From assembly GCA_963514005.1 (NCBI GenBank), contig OY740789.1, forward strand, positions 59,706,001 through 59,770,000: a DNA stretch of 64,000 nucleotides, written 5' to 3'. Made by a program: the position numbers and the translations under genes. Below the pieces are notes generated by a model that was given only the letters and a program-made list of their open reading frames with translations, was not told where the DNA came from and made no database searches. Below, piece by piece: positions 52,557 to 64,000 of this stretch (position 1 is its first letter; every line of letters starts with the position of its first letter). This DNA comes from Raja brachyura. Lineage: Eukaryota.

Positions 52557-53634
52557 CACAGATAGGAAAGGTTTAGAGGGATATGGGCCAAATGCGTCAG
52601 GTGGGATTAATGTGGATGGGGCATCTTGATCAACATGGGCAGGTTGAGCCAAAGTGCCTGCTTTCGTGCAGTACAATTGTAAGATATAGAATTATTTTTT
52701 CAAATGTTCTATGCCACACACCATTCATCCCTCACATCATTTATTAACCTCCAAGAAACAAAGATTGTTCTCCAATGGGCAATCCAGGGAAATGTTCATC
52801 AGGAGAAAGGAAAAACTTTGTTTTATTTTCTCACTCTTTATTTCATTAGTTATATATTTGGAAAAATTATTTGCAGAAGGGGAGTAAGGCAGTTTGATTA
52901 AAGTGAAAATTATCTCATATTTCTCACTACTTAGAAGTCCATTTGACTCATCAAGTTCTGGCAAGCTCTCGGAACAATCCCATTCATCCACATGTTTCCC
53001 GATTATCTATTCTTCCCCTCATGCCCATTTACTCAATTGAATACACTGCTCTCCTGTTGGATTGGGAATCCAGTGGTGGGTCAGCCTATGAGAGAATCAA
53101 TTGCGGGAGCACATAAAGATTTCAAAGTGTTATATGTGAAAATCAACTCCAGATATTCAGCATCAAAAGAAATGACTATGTCTTATGATGATGTTTTCAT
53201 TGCTGCTGCTTCTGTATCATCGGAGCCTATAGGTTTGCAATTGGCCTCTGTAGAGAGAGCTGCAGCGCTGGCATTGTTGAATCATAAATATTGTCCCACA
53301 TTGTTTACTGGCTGTATTTACCATAGCAACACTTATGGCTGCCACATAAACAGAGCTGCAATCATATAATACTAGCAAGTAGGAGGACTAGCAAGTTAGC
53401 CTTTGCTGATATCTAAACATTAATCTTTTTTCAAGTTTACTTAATACTGTTTTGTCTTATACTGCAGCTAGTTTAAACCCGATGCCCTTCATAATGCTGT
53501 TTTACAACAAAATAAAGTGAGGTACAACTTCAGTATCGTGAACAAGTATATTGATATCCTTTGCACGAACACAAAAAATCACTGTGTGTCAACTTCTCTG
53601 TCAGAGGCATTTGCCCCTACATCTAAAACGCTGA

Positions 53635-53930
53635 AGCCCACTCCAGAATGTAATTACCATTACTGTAATTACCATTACTATACAATACAGTACTGAGAGA
53701 ATTTCGCATTGCCACCTGTATGATCTTTCAAAGGAACCATTCTACTTGAATGGCAGTTTATTGGGGATTAAATATCTTGTGATATTATTTTAAGGATTTC
53801 TCTAGTATTGTTCTGGATGGTATTCTACCTTCAGCTAATCTGGCTGAATTACTGCTCCTTGAGGGAACTTGATGATTGTCAACATTGGAACAATGTTTTG
53901 AAATGTTATGGTAGACATTGCAGGGCTTTA
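53635..53930 (+). mobile_element. Ancient DeuSINE-like remnant
   Basis: cagtactgagaga...gcattg motif, similar to 13570-13830. Confidence 0.4.
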
Positions 53931-54150
53931 AAAGTTAAAAATGCAATCTGCTGTTCATGGTGAAAATCTAAAATAAAAAAAAGTGAAATGGTGGAAATAC
54001 CCAGCAGTTCAGACCGCATCCAGAAAACAGACAAAATGTTTTAAATTGATAACCTTCTATTAATATATAAACATGCCTATAATTAATGAAAATGCCCTGC
54101 ACAAGATCAGATTCATCTGGAATTTTTCTTTTTTGATGTCTTGTTTTTAG

Positions 54151-54272
54151 GAGAAACAAACATGGTTGTGAGATGTGCCGTTGTGTAAAATGCCCACCAT
54201 TTACCTGTGACAAGTATTGCCCAGAAGGTTTCGAAAAGAATAAGAAAGGATGCTCCATGTGTAAATGCAAAG
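54151..54272 (+). CDS. CRIM1: CRIM1-like exon, antistasin-like repeats (CRIM1 exon 10 homologue)
   Basis: Acceptor tgtttttag| and donor |gtacca; 122 bp, phase 2-1, completing the ATG split from the previous exon. Translates RNKHGCEMCRCVKCPPFTCDKYCPEGFEKNKKGCSMCKCK. Confidence 0.92.
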
Positions 54273-54884
54273 GTACCACAACATTAACTCATTTAAGGAT
54301 ATGTTTCATCAATATTTGGGAACAGATTATACAGTCAGGAATGTCAACAATGCATCATATTTTTGCACTGTTATTTGCTTTTGGTTAAGGGCCATTAAAA
54401 AAAATACTGCTTAACACCTTTAGATTTGTCTTCATTAAAGTTATGGATATGTCTTTTATAAATGCATGTCACAGATTGTAATCTCAAAAATAGCAACGGC
54501 AGATATTTTTCTTGTTTCCAATTTGCATCCAATCAATTAGCAAACAAAGAAAAAGTACAAGAGAAAGTAACTTGCATGAAATACTCAGCTATCTTCTGAA
54601 GTCTTTGGCATAGTTTTAATAAACAACATTTCTGTCCTCCCCCTGCTATGTGTAGGGAATGCTGCCTATAGTGCCGATATTTACGCCAGAAGAATAGATT
54701 TCTTTCGATCAAATTCTTTGGTCCATACTTGGGAGAAGCATTGATAGAATTTGAACAGCCAGTCTGAAGGATGAACAGTCTTGATCATTGGTTGCTTTGG
54801 TTCCTGAGAGATGCTCTGGGACTAACAGGGTTCTCCAAAATTCATAATCTTTTGATTGTCCATGGTAACAATATAAACAACTGT

Positions 54885-55045
54885 AAAATGTTGAAGATAG
54901 ACACAAAGATAGACCCTACTTCAGAATAAGTCCCGACCCGAAATTTCACCTATCCATTTTCTCCAGAGATGCTGCCTGACCTGCTGAGTTACTCCAGGAT
55001 GTTGTGTCTATCATTGGTGTAAACCAGCATCTGCAGTTCCTTGTT
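54885..55045. mobile_element. PLE end with short inverted arm
   Basis: gatagacaca / tgtgtctatc inversion, cccgacccgaaatttcacc and the ccagcatctgcagttcctt tail. Confidence 0.7.
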
Positions 55046-55117
55046 ATTACGTTGTATGATCTTGAACCTGAGTTGGATTATATGGCAATGAAAAGATTGG
55101 CCCAATTAATTGTGTAA

Positions 55118-55350
55118 TTTAGAGATACATATTGACTACAAGTCTTCCAGCCCAACAAGTCAACGCTAACCATCAGTCACCCGTTCACACTAATTCTATG
55201 TTAACTAGTTCTGTGTTATCCCACTTTCTCCTCCATTTCCTACACACTTGGGGGTAATTTTATAGATGCCAATTAACCTACAAACCTGAATGTCTTTGGG
55301 ATGTCGGAGGAAACTGGAGCACCTGGAGGAAATCAACATGGTCAATGGGA
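55118..55350 (-). mobile_element. HE1-type V-SINE (5'-truncated)
   Basis: Reverse V-domain tctttgggatgtcggaggaaactggagcacctggagg. Confidence 0.75.
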
Positions 55351-55800
55351 GGATCCCTCTCAGGATAAGAAAATTCCACATCAAATCCACTATAAATTTC
55401 CAATTCCTTATCTTAAACCCATGCTCTCTATTCATAGACACCTCTGCAAAGGGAGATGTCTCTTACTGACTACGCTATCGATGTCATTCATCATTCAGTA
55501 TAGCCCAGTTAGGTTTGTCCCTCGGTCTTCCCACTCTAAAGAAAACAAACCCAGCTTACCCATTCTTTCTTAGCTCAAACACTCCATCCCAGACAATATC
55601 CTGGTGAATCTCCTCTGCAGTTCCTCCAATGGAATGACATTCCTCCTATGTTATGGGAACCAGAAATGCACACAGTACTCCAGCTGTGGCCGAACCAATA
55701 TTTTAAATAGATGTACCCATAACCCCTCTTCTTATATGCTATGCCCTAACTAATGAAGGCATGTATCCATTATGCCTCGTAACAGCCTTATCTACCTTCG
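55350..55800 (-). mobile_element. CR1 LINE fragment
   Basis: Reverse of L.RPQLEYCVHFW and E.LQRRFTR motifs. Confidence 0.7.
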
Positions 55801-56196
55801 CTCATTTGAAGAACTAAGGAAATCCTTCCATCTTACTGCAGTAAGAAATTCCTTCATTATCATTGCAATGCCACCTTCTCTTTTATATCCACCTTTATTC
55901 TGCGTGAAGATTCTATGCCCTGGAATGCATATTGCCTGCCTTGTACATCTTTCAACCGTGTTTATGTAATATTTTTTTGGCTGCCATGAGATATTACTGC
56001 TCCATGTATACACACCATAAATCTTTTTTGAATATTCACTATTTCTAGCTTTTCAACTTTAGACATTCCCTCGTTCTATCCCTTTTTGGGTAAAAATTGT
56101 TCACACTTGCTTAGGATGAATTATATTTACCACAGCCATTGCAAAGACCCACAATCTAATTGTTAGATGGTCTCAATAATTAATAGTCTCTTAATA

Positions 56197-56271
56197 ATTA
56201 TAAACAGCATGAATGGAAGCATACATTTACACACTTATTAAATTTATGCTTCCATTCATGCTGTTTATAAT
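56197..56271. repeat. 75-nt hairpin (27-bp perfect stem, 33 bp with one mismatch)
   Basis: attataaacagcatgaatggaagcata / tatgcttccattcatgctgtttataat, with a 9-nt loop. Confidence 0.9.
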
Positions 56272-56381
56272 GCAACCTATCCTAAATCACTAGACCTAGA
56301 TAAGAGAGCATCTATCCCACTTTCTGACTCATATTGAATTTGATGGAAAATTGTGATTTCAAAACCAATCCCTGATTGTTT

Positions 56382-56559
56382 GTGTTAAAGAAGGAACTGC
56401 AGATGCTGGAGAATCGAGGGTACACAAAAGGCTGGAGAAACTCAGCGGGTGCAGCAGCATCTAAGGAGCGAAGGAGAAGGTCTTGACCCGAAACGTCGCC
56501 TATCTCCTTCGCTCCTTAGATGCTGCTGCACCCGCTGAGTTTCTCCAGCCTTTTGTGTA
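56382..56559. mobile_element. Young PLE foldback element
   Basis: ~60-bp perfect arms (agggtacacaaaaggctggagaaactcagcggg...gcgaaggaga and its inverse); 12-bp TSD ccctgattgttt (56370-56381, 56560-56571). Confidence 0.88.
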
Positions 56560-59500
56560 CCCTGATTGTTTATCATGGATTGTTTACCCATTACAAATCT
56601 TTGCTAATTTCTCTGGTCAGCTAAAAAAATTATAAGATGTTTATTGACTGTCTTTAATTCTAGTAATTTCCAGACAAAATATGAGTCTAACTAGTTTATA
56701 ATTCCCAAGTTAACCCCTCTAATTTTTTATATAAAAGGCAGTGATATCCACCATTTTTATTCTAGAATCTTTTCCGATTTAAAGCAGCTTGTGATGACTG
56801 TATTTCCTCTTGGCCAATCCCGTAGAATTGAGGATTATTCTAGTTTTGTGGATTTTGAGTCGGCTATTGAGGATCCAGCTATACTCATACCCATGTTCCT
56901 AGTCCCAAGCAAGGCCTATAGGTCTCCTCAGCCCCAATATTACATTGGAAGGATGAAGACTGCAAAACTCTTATCTACAGAAACCTAAGCCATTTATCTG
57001 CTCTTGGCAATTTGGCACTCTGTGGTGTTATTTTCAATCATCATTTTTTGTTTTGTTTCTGTTCATTTTAGCAAATCCCAGTCCCAGATTCAGTATTAGC
57101 CTCTTTTTCAGTTCTCTGGCCTGTTGTTCCCTTTTCCTATTGTAAATAGTAACGCACTTAATTATTTGTCTGATAATTCCCTAATTTCATTCATAATATC
57201 ATCGTTATTAGTTAGTAAGGGAAGTGCCAAGTATCTTTCCCTTCAGATATTTATCAATCATCCAGAACCCTTGCATCAATAATGTTTTTTTTCCATGGAG
57301 TCGATGGTCTCGGTATTGCTGGGTGTGTTTCGTTGCAATCTGACCACTCAGTATTTGACTCTTCCCCTCAGACAAGCCTTCCAGGCCATACAACTGGTGG
57401 TGTTCGACATAAATGTTACAAAACTGGTCATGGTGACCTTCCACAAGCTTTTCACCACTTCAAGTTAGGCATTGAGCCAATCTGATGATAGTCGCATGCC
57501 AAGTTCAAGCATAATGTCAATGCTTGGTCTACAAGGCAACCTGCCAGACCTGAAAGACTTGCCACTACCATCAATGGAGGCTGGTTGGTTGCCAAAACAT
57601 TTCTTTGGGTTCTAGCTTTTATATCTCTCACTGATGAGTCTCTCTGCTACGTCTGTGATCAGAAGAAAGTGTAATAGAAGTTTGGGTGATCTTTGTGGGA
57701 GATCTTTAGCAGGAAAAATGTCTGTATTTTGCAAGTTGGGATTATCTTCCATGTCATTCCATTGGAATGAAAATAGTGATTCTAGGGAAATCCTCCTTTC
57801 TCAGCCAAATGTGGAACTGAATTCAGTGCTTGGGTATCTAATGGTGCTCTGGAATGATCATGGAAAATATTATTTTCAATTTTGATTCTGGGTGAATGAA
57901 TTTGATATAAATGTTTTTATGAAAATCCTATCACTCCTCTTAGAAACTTTTGAAAACTTAGGAAGACTCATTGTGGTTATATACACTCTGAAAAATGTTT
58001 CTTCCTTCCTCTGTCTTTTCTATCAAAAAGCTCCTTCGCTGTCTCTTTTAATTATCTACTTTTCTGTTTCTGTATTTCTGTGATGAAAACAAGCAGTCTG
58101 TCTTTCTGCCATGAGGCTTCTGAATGGTCCTTGCATTAGCTAGAGTGCTGTCTGATTCATCTCTATCGCATTGTGGACATTTAACCACCTCTGGAACTGT
58201 TGCACTACAATGCTGAGAACTATTTTCTGCATTCAGTATCTTTTGCTTTGCTCTACCGATTTAACTTGATTGTATCTATGTATAGTATTATCTGATTGAT
58301 TGGAAAGCATGCACAAGACAATAATAAACCTAACTTAAACCTCAACTATAAAGTAATCACTGCCACTTAAGTTAATTTAAATTAAGTGTATAAATGGGTG
58401 AAAGTCAATCATAATCATAACAGAATGCCTTAATGGTGTGCATCATTTACCATGCAAAATAGATATGAAGACAGAGTACCCACAAGCTTGAATTGCACTC
58501 CATTCTTATATTGCGAATGCCTTACCTGCTTTAAGCAAACTCTGCATTCTTTTATTCAGTTTATTTCAGACAAATGGAAATATGTATTATTAGATATAGA
58601 GTACATTTAATTGTAGATAGCTTTCTTATTGTGTACAAAATTGAATTTATATTACTCTGTTATTTAAAATTGCTGCTATGGTGATTATATTACACTGGTA
58701 TTTAAAATTGCTTCTGTAATTCATTAAAATAGTTAGCTTTCCCAGTAAGATCATGGAAGATCTCTGTCCGATTAGGTTATGTAAATACCCATTACAGTCT
58801 GTATCTGAGCTGCTTAAATTATAATGTGTAAATACAAAGCAAAAAAAAAAATCTTACATAAAATAAATGTTGATCAAGCTGAATTTCTGTCTGTCTCTGT
58901 GTTTGTGTGTTTATCTTTGTCCTTCAATGTCCACCAGTGTATGAAAAGTGAGTCCTGCTGCTGTTTTGAATAAGCTGCATAATAATAACATTGCCTACTT
59001 GAATGTAACTTGTTGGGATGTGTGAATGTGTGTCAATCTTTCAAAATGGGAGCGATGAGAGTCAATTACCCAAATCTGCTGCTAACATCTCTGGGACTAT
59101 GAGACCATAATATGAGCAAAAGAGGTGATATTGAAAATGATACAAAATATAAAATATGACTATCACACAGACATCAATGTCAATTTGTTTAACGCTCTTC
59201 GGATTTCCTGTATAATTATTCACCTTGCATTTTGTGTGAAAGTTTTTTGATGCTTTTTGACTATGTTCAGAGATGGACATATTTTATTAAATTATGGATT
59301 TGTCAACATTTCTCTCTCTATTAACTGCACTTCAGCATTCATAGCGACCGAGAGAGTAGAAAAGCAACGTTTTCGCAGTCTCATTATCATCCACTTTGTA
59401 AAACGGTGGATGTCCAGGGTAATTAAATATCTTTCCCTGTGAAAAAACTGTTGCCACTTACAATGCTTTCTCTTGTCACACTGTGCTAAGAAAATGGCAA

Positions 59501-60089
59501 ATACATATCCACATTCCAGCATCTTCCAGTCAATGCATCTGTTTTGTATAATGGTAACATCTACAGAAAACATCAAAGTTCTTTTCAGTCAAACAGAAGA
59601 CTATCAAGGGAATAGATATTGCGGTACAGTAGCACACTGATCTTACCCTGCTTCCTACTTTTATATCTGACCCTAAACTGATCAAGTGAAAGTGGACTTT
59701 ATTTGTTTTGACAGGATAGATCCTATGCAATGTGTTTTCTGGTTTGACTCCAGTTCCTACTGAAGATAGCTCAGAGCAGCTAATAATCCCACTTCTAGAG
59801 ATCTGGAAATGCTGCTGCAAGTTATGGGAAATATTACAGTGGAATCTTTGGACGTGTGGCTGAGATAAATTGACAGAGTGGAGATGTTCGCATTGTGTAA
59901 CTAACCATTGTTATACCCAACTTGGGATTTGACCTTCTAATATCGGGATTGAGATCAATTGATGGAGATGAGCTGTTTGTACTCTGTAACCAACTGCCAT
60001 TGTTACCATGGTATTCTCGATATGGAAGTCATCCATTTCCTGGTAGTGTTATCCCATCTTGAAAAATATATATTTTTAATAAGAACTAT

Positions 60090-60265
60090 AAACAGAAAAT
60101 GCTGGAAGATATTCAGCAAGTCAGGATTAATCTGTGGAGGGAGACGCAGAGTTAATGTTTCAGCTTTCTGATAAAAGGTCTTCAACCTGAAATGCTAACT
60201 CTGTTTCTCACTCTCATGGATGGCGCCTGACCTGCTGTTGAATATCCCTAGCATTGCTGTTTTCC
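60090..60265. mobile_element. Old PLE foldback
   Basis: aacagaaaatgctggaagatattca / tgaatatccctagcattgctgttt arms around ctgataaaaggtcttcaacctgaaatg. Confidence 0.6.
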
Positions 60266-60417
60266 GTCCAGTATCTGAAGCATCATGCTTTTCCATATTT
60301 TCAGAAAGTTGATTTGGAGAACTTTGCAACTTGACCGACAAGATTTAAGCCTTCAATGAAAATTGTGTTGAGTGAATTAAAATGTTCTAACATTTTCACA
60401 CTTTGTTACTTTTGCAG

Positions 60418-60636
60418 AAGCCGATGTACATCTCAGCACTACCACTCCTCCACTTCCTACCAGTTTCTGCTTGACTGCTAATGGCCATCGCTATGAAGAA
60501 GGAGAAGGCTGGCATGATGGCTGTAGGGACTGTTATTGTTATGGTGGAAGGGAGATGTGTGTGTTAATTACATGCCCAGTTCCAAACTGCCTCAATCCAT
60601 TGGTCAGACCTGGGCAGTGTTGCCCCACCTGTCAAG
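60418..60636 (+). CDS. CRIM1: CRIM1-like exon, third VWC domain (CRIM1 exon 11 homologue)
   Basis: Acceptor ttttgcag| and donor |gtgagt; 219 bp, phase 1-1. Translates (E)ADVHLSTTTPPLPTSFCLTANGHRYEEGEGWHDGCRDCYCYGGREMCVLITCPVPNCLNPLVRPGQCCPTCQ. Confidence 0.94.
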
Positions 60637-62907
60637 GTGAGTCACACCTTAATCTGATTAGGTGCACAGTAAATGTTTTCTGTGTTGGGTATGCCAGTGA
60701 GCACAATATGTCTGTCTTAAATAATATGGTCATGAGCATAAAACTCTTTAAACATATAAAAATAATTAAAGGATCAATTTTTAATATGCTTCACTCTCTG
60801 CGCGGCAAGGAGTTTTTCTTGATAGGAGAGTGACGCAGGAGATCCGATACCAGAGGTCGGGGTAATTTTATCCGTGAAAAATGAAGGAGTACCCCCCGCA
60901 AAGTCCAGTTCTCTAATTTAAACCAAAAAAGTATAGTTTTCTAACTAATTGGAATAGTAAGTGACACTGTTCCTCCACACCCGATATCTAGATTCTTCTT
61001 GAGCAGATATAAAGGCAATGGAGTAGCCATGTTTTCAATGAATGGCCATCATGTATGATTGCTGCAAAATCGTATCAGATAGAAAGGTTATAAGGCTGGC
61101 AGGCACTCGGAGGGGAAATGTTACATGGAAGCTATGGATGATGTTCTCAACTTTTTAAAGAAAGATATTACTGGTATAAAACAACTTTTACTTTTGGCTT
61201 TGCCTCTAACACTGCATGATACTGTACTGAAAAATGTAGGAGAACACTTGTGTTCTATTCCCTTGATGTAAATACAATTTTAATAGCGCTGTCAAGAGAA
61301 TTATAGTGAAAGGAAAGCTTAGGAGGAAGTATAATCTTGAGCATAACTTCAAAGGTAAATGGAAATTTATTTCTGGACATTCAGTTCCGAAACTTGATTT
61401 TCCACAAATGAATGTAACATGTTAGGACTCCTACCATCTTTAATCTCTGACGTTAGTTCCAGAATAACCTTGCGTGTCCCAAAACATCTGCATTCACTTA
61501 ACATTTCATCGGTGCTTTGCATTGACCTCTACGATGTTGTGCAAGTGCTCAGCATAAGTTTTTTCAGCCTGTTATAAACTTGTTACTCTTGGGTCCCATC
61601 TAATAAGAATCTATGCCAGACTAATCTGGATGTTAATTTATAACAACATGTCTGCTCCACCTGCTTTATTTTTATGACTTTAGGTCCACAAAGGCAGTTT
61701 TTAAATACATAATGTTGAATTGAATTGCTAGCATCTGAGGGTCAGTAACTTTGTATATAATAGTAACCCATTAATATCCCACAGATTTGCCTACTCAATT
61801 TATATTACAGGACATCGTGCTAACCACCAGTGTACAGATATTTAGTGTAGGTTTTCTAAGCCTAATCCAACAATGTCAACAATTTCCTGATATTTGCCAT
61901 TAAGACTCACAAATAATAAATTGCCTCATGATTTCTTTTAAAAAAGATAAATTTCACGGATTTCATAATTTTATCTGGCTCCTAAATTGGGCAATTGGGC
62001 AAAGCGCAGTAACAGTTTACCTTGAAATTCTTGGTAAAATCAAATTTCTAAATTTCCACATAAATTAGAACTAACTATTAAGCTTGATATAGACATCTGG
62101 TTTTTTTTTCAGTAACTTAATTTAGCTTAGTTTCAATAGTTCAGTTTAATTTGTTTTCTTAATCCTTGAAGGGTTTACAGGTTTCCTTCTCTTCCATTCT
62201 CCAGTATGTTTATCTCTGAATTCTTCTCAAGTTTCTCCCAACATCACAAACTTGAGCAACATCTCATCATCTCAGCTGCGGTCTTAAGTTCCCATCTACC
62301 ATTAATTGTGCTTGATACCTTCCCGACCACTTGACTTGTCCTGGACTTCAGTATGAAGGCATTCAACTGCGGAAATATCAAGGGTCCTGAAGATCTGATA
62401 CCAGTGTTTCTGATTGTCTGTTCAATTAGAGCACTGGCCATTGCACCCAGCCGTGGAGTGGAGCAGAGACTCCCTGACTACAGAGTCCAAAGCACCTAGC
62501 ATCTCTCAACTTTATTCCAGGGAGTGTTGGTGTTGGAAGGGCATTCCCATACACTGGAATATAATGCAGGGAAACAAAATACATGCACAAAGTCAAAACT
62601 TATTATATGCTATTTTAATGTTTTTAATCACCTTAATAAGTTCAATGCCTTTAACTTTTTTGGGTTATTTAAAGTCATTTTAATTGATTAGCACCTCACA
62701 ACTTTTGACCGCCAGTGAGCCTTCAGGATATGATCCCTTCGGCCTTCCCTGCGGCTTGGAGCCGACTCTTTTTCACCAGACAATTGTTAGATACCAAAGG
62801 TTGTCTAATTCAGCCCTCCACAACCGTAAAATGGAACTTCAGGTAGAGGGGGATTGCAAGCAGTTGGCTGCTCAGCAGACTGCTACTGGAAGAATATAGC
62901 TTGTGAA

Positions 62908-63316
62908 GATTGCTTTTAGTCATCCCCTTATCTGTCGTCTGGAGACCACCATGCTGTGATACTCTCAAATCCCTTTTGGTTTTATTTGAGACATATAGAC
63001 AGGAAATGCTGGAAAAACTGAGTAGGTCAAGTGTCACCTGTGGACAGAGTCAGTTTCCAGTAGGGGGGGGAAGGTGGAAGAGGGTTAAGTAGAACAAAGG
63101 AAATGCCTGTGCAAGGGGGTTGCTATGGCTTATTGGCAGTAGATACCAGCACAGTTAGTTTCTTGGCCTATGCTATGGGTTGTTCATGGTAAAGTGGTTG
63201 GGAGGCCAGGCATGTTGCACAGAGTCTATATGTTTCAAATAAAAACAAAAGGAATTTGAGAGTATCACGGCATGGTGGTCTCCAGACTACAGATAAGGGG
63301 ATGACTAAAAGCAATC
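62908..63316. repeat. 93-bp inverted repeat with 223-bp spacer
   Basis: 62908-63000 versus 63224-63316, about five mismatches by eye. The duplicated peptide RVS.HGGLQTTDKGMTKSN appears on both strands in the ORF track. Confidence 0.9.
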
Positions 63317-64000
63317 AACACCACAGGTCAGGAATGACCCCGGGTCAATGGAGCAGGGAGGCAGCAGCTCAACCAGCTGCACTATGCTATCCCATTTTCA
63401 ATGCAAGATCAGGCTGGCCAGTTGCTGATGAAGCACTGACATTATTTCAGATACAATATTTGTTGCTGTCTCCTGCCTGACACTGCCTGAGTGAACGGGC
63501 AATCCTTTCTGTGAGAATCATTAATGCTCAGTGATAAATCTTGCTGTTATGCCATCAACCTGCAAATTGCTCAGGTCTGAACATTTTGTTTCTGTTTCCC
63601 ATTAAAACTGCATAATTGTGTTAAACCTTGAATCCATTAAAAACATTTGAGACAATCTAAATTTACAGATCTTACTTTTATGTTCTATGATTTCTATTCA
63701 TCAAATTGGACGAGATCTTGCTGATGTGGACTCTCTGTACCCAGTTGTCACGCACACTGTGCAGAACTAGTCCAGCTGCCAGTGCCCCCAATGCATGCGA
63801 GACCTTAGCAGCATTATCTCATCGTGGATCAAATAAAGCCCTGCTTCCCACAGCAAACCCGTGGAAAGCCTGAAGGCCGGCAGAGATCATCTACCTTCCC
63901 CATCTCCACCATCAAGGCTTTGAGGGGTTTTAAATGACTCTGGCATTCAGAAAAATAATGTAAAATTGAATTAATATTCTAAAATGGTAAAATAAATTCA

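Noticed and set aside
60830-61420. Coding-looking stretch (MEAMDDVLNFLKKDITG...)
   Set aside because: Multiple stops and no recognisable domain; at best an unassignable old TE remnant.
63700-63830. Cys-containing stretch (WTLCTQLSRTLC) considered as the next VWC exon
   Set aside because: No frame gives VWC cysteine spacing or the CCP motif, and there is no convincing acceptor.

Overview
Eukaryotic, AT-rich, repeat-dense vertebrate DNA, most likely from a cartilaginous fish (skate or ray). This is inferred from abundant HE1-type V-SINEs, HER1/CR1 LINE tails and elasmobranch-type Penelope fragments. The whole window lies inside one + strand gene, a CRIM1-like (cysteine-rich transmembrane BMP regulator) gene. 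Six internal coding exons are present (18453-18695, 28494-28676, 37893-38090, 51968-52121, 54151-54272, 60418-60636), all with canonical AG/GT sites and compatible phases. They encode a Cys-rich module, VWC domains and antistasin-like repeats. Three exons of canonical CRIM1 (4, 5 and 8) could not be found, suggesting a divergent, module-reduced paralogue. The introns contain an internally deleted Gypsy LTR element, two Harbinger-type MITEs, a hAT remnant nested three layers deep, Rex1/Babar, CR1, L2 and RTE fragments, about 13 HE1 SINEs and many Penelope-like-element (PLE) ends carrying minimal hammerhead ribozyme motifs. Several PLE ends are foldback palindromes, including one with perfect 199-bp arms, a hammerhead on each strand and a 16-bp target-site duplication. 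Nearly all other ORFs in the supplied track are spurious or TE-derived. Family assignments were made by eye, and repeat boundaries are approximate unless a TSD or TIR is quoted.
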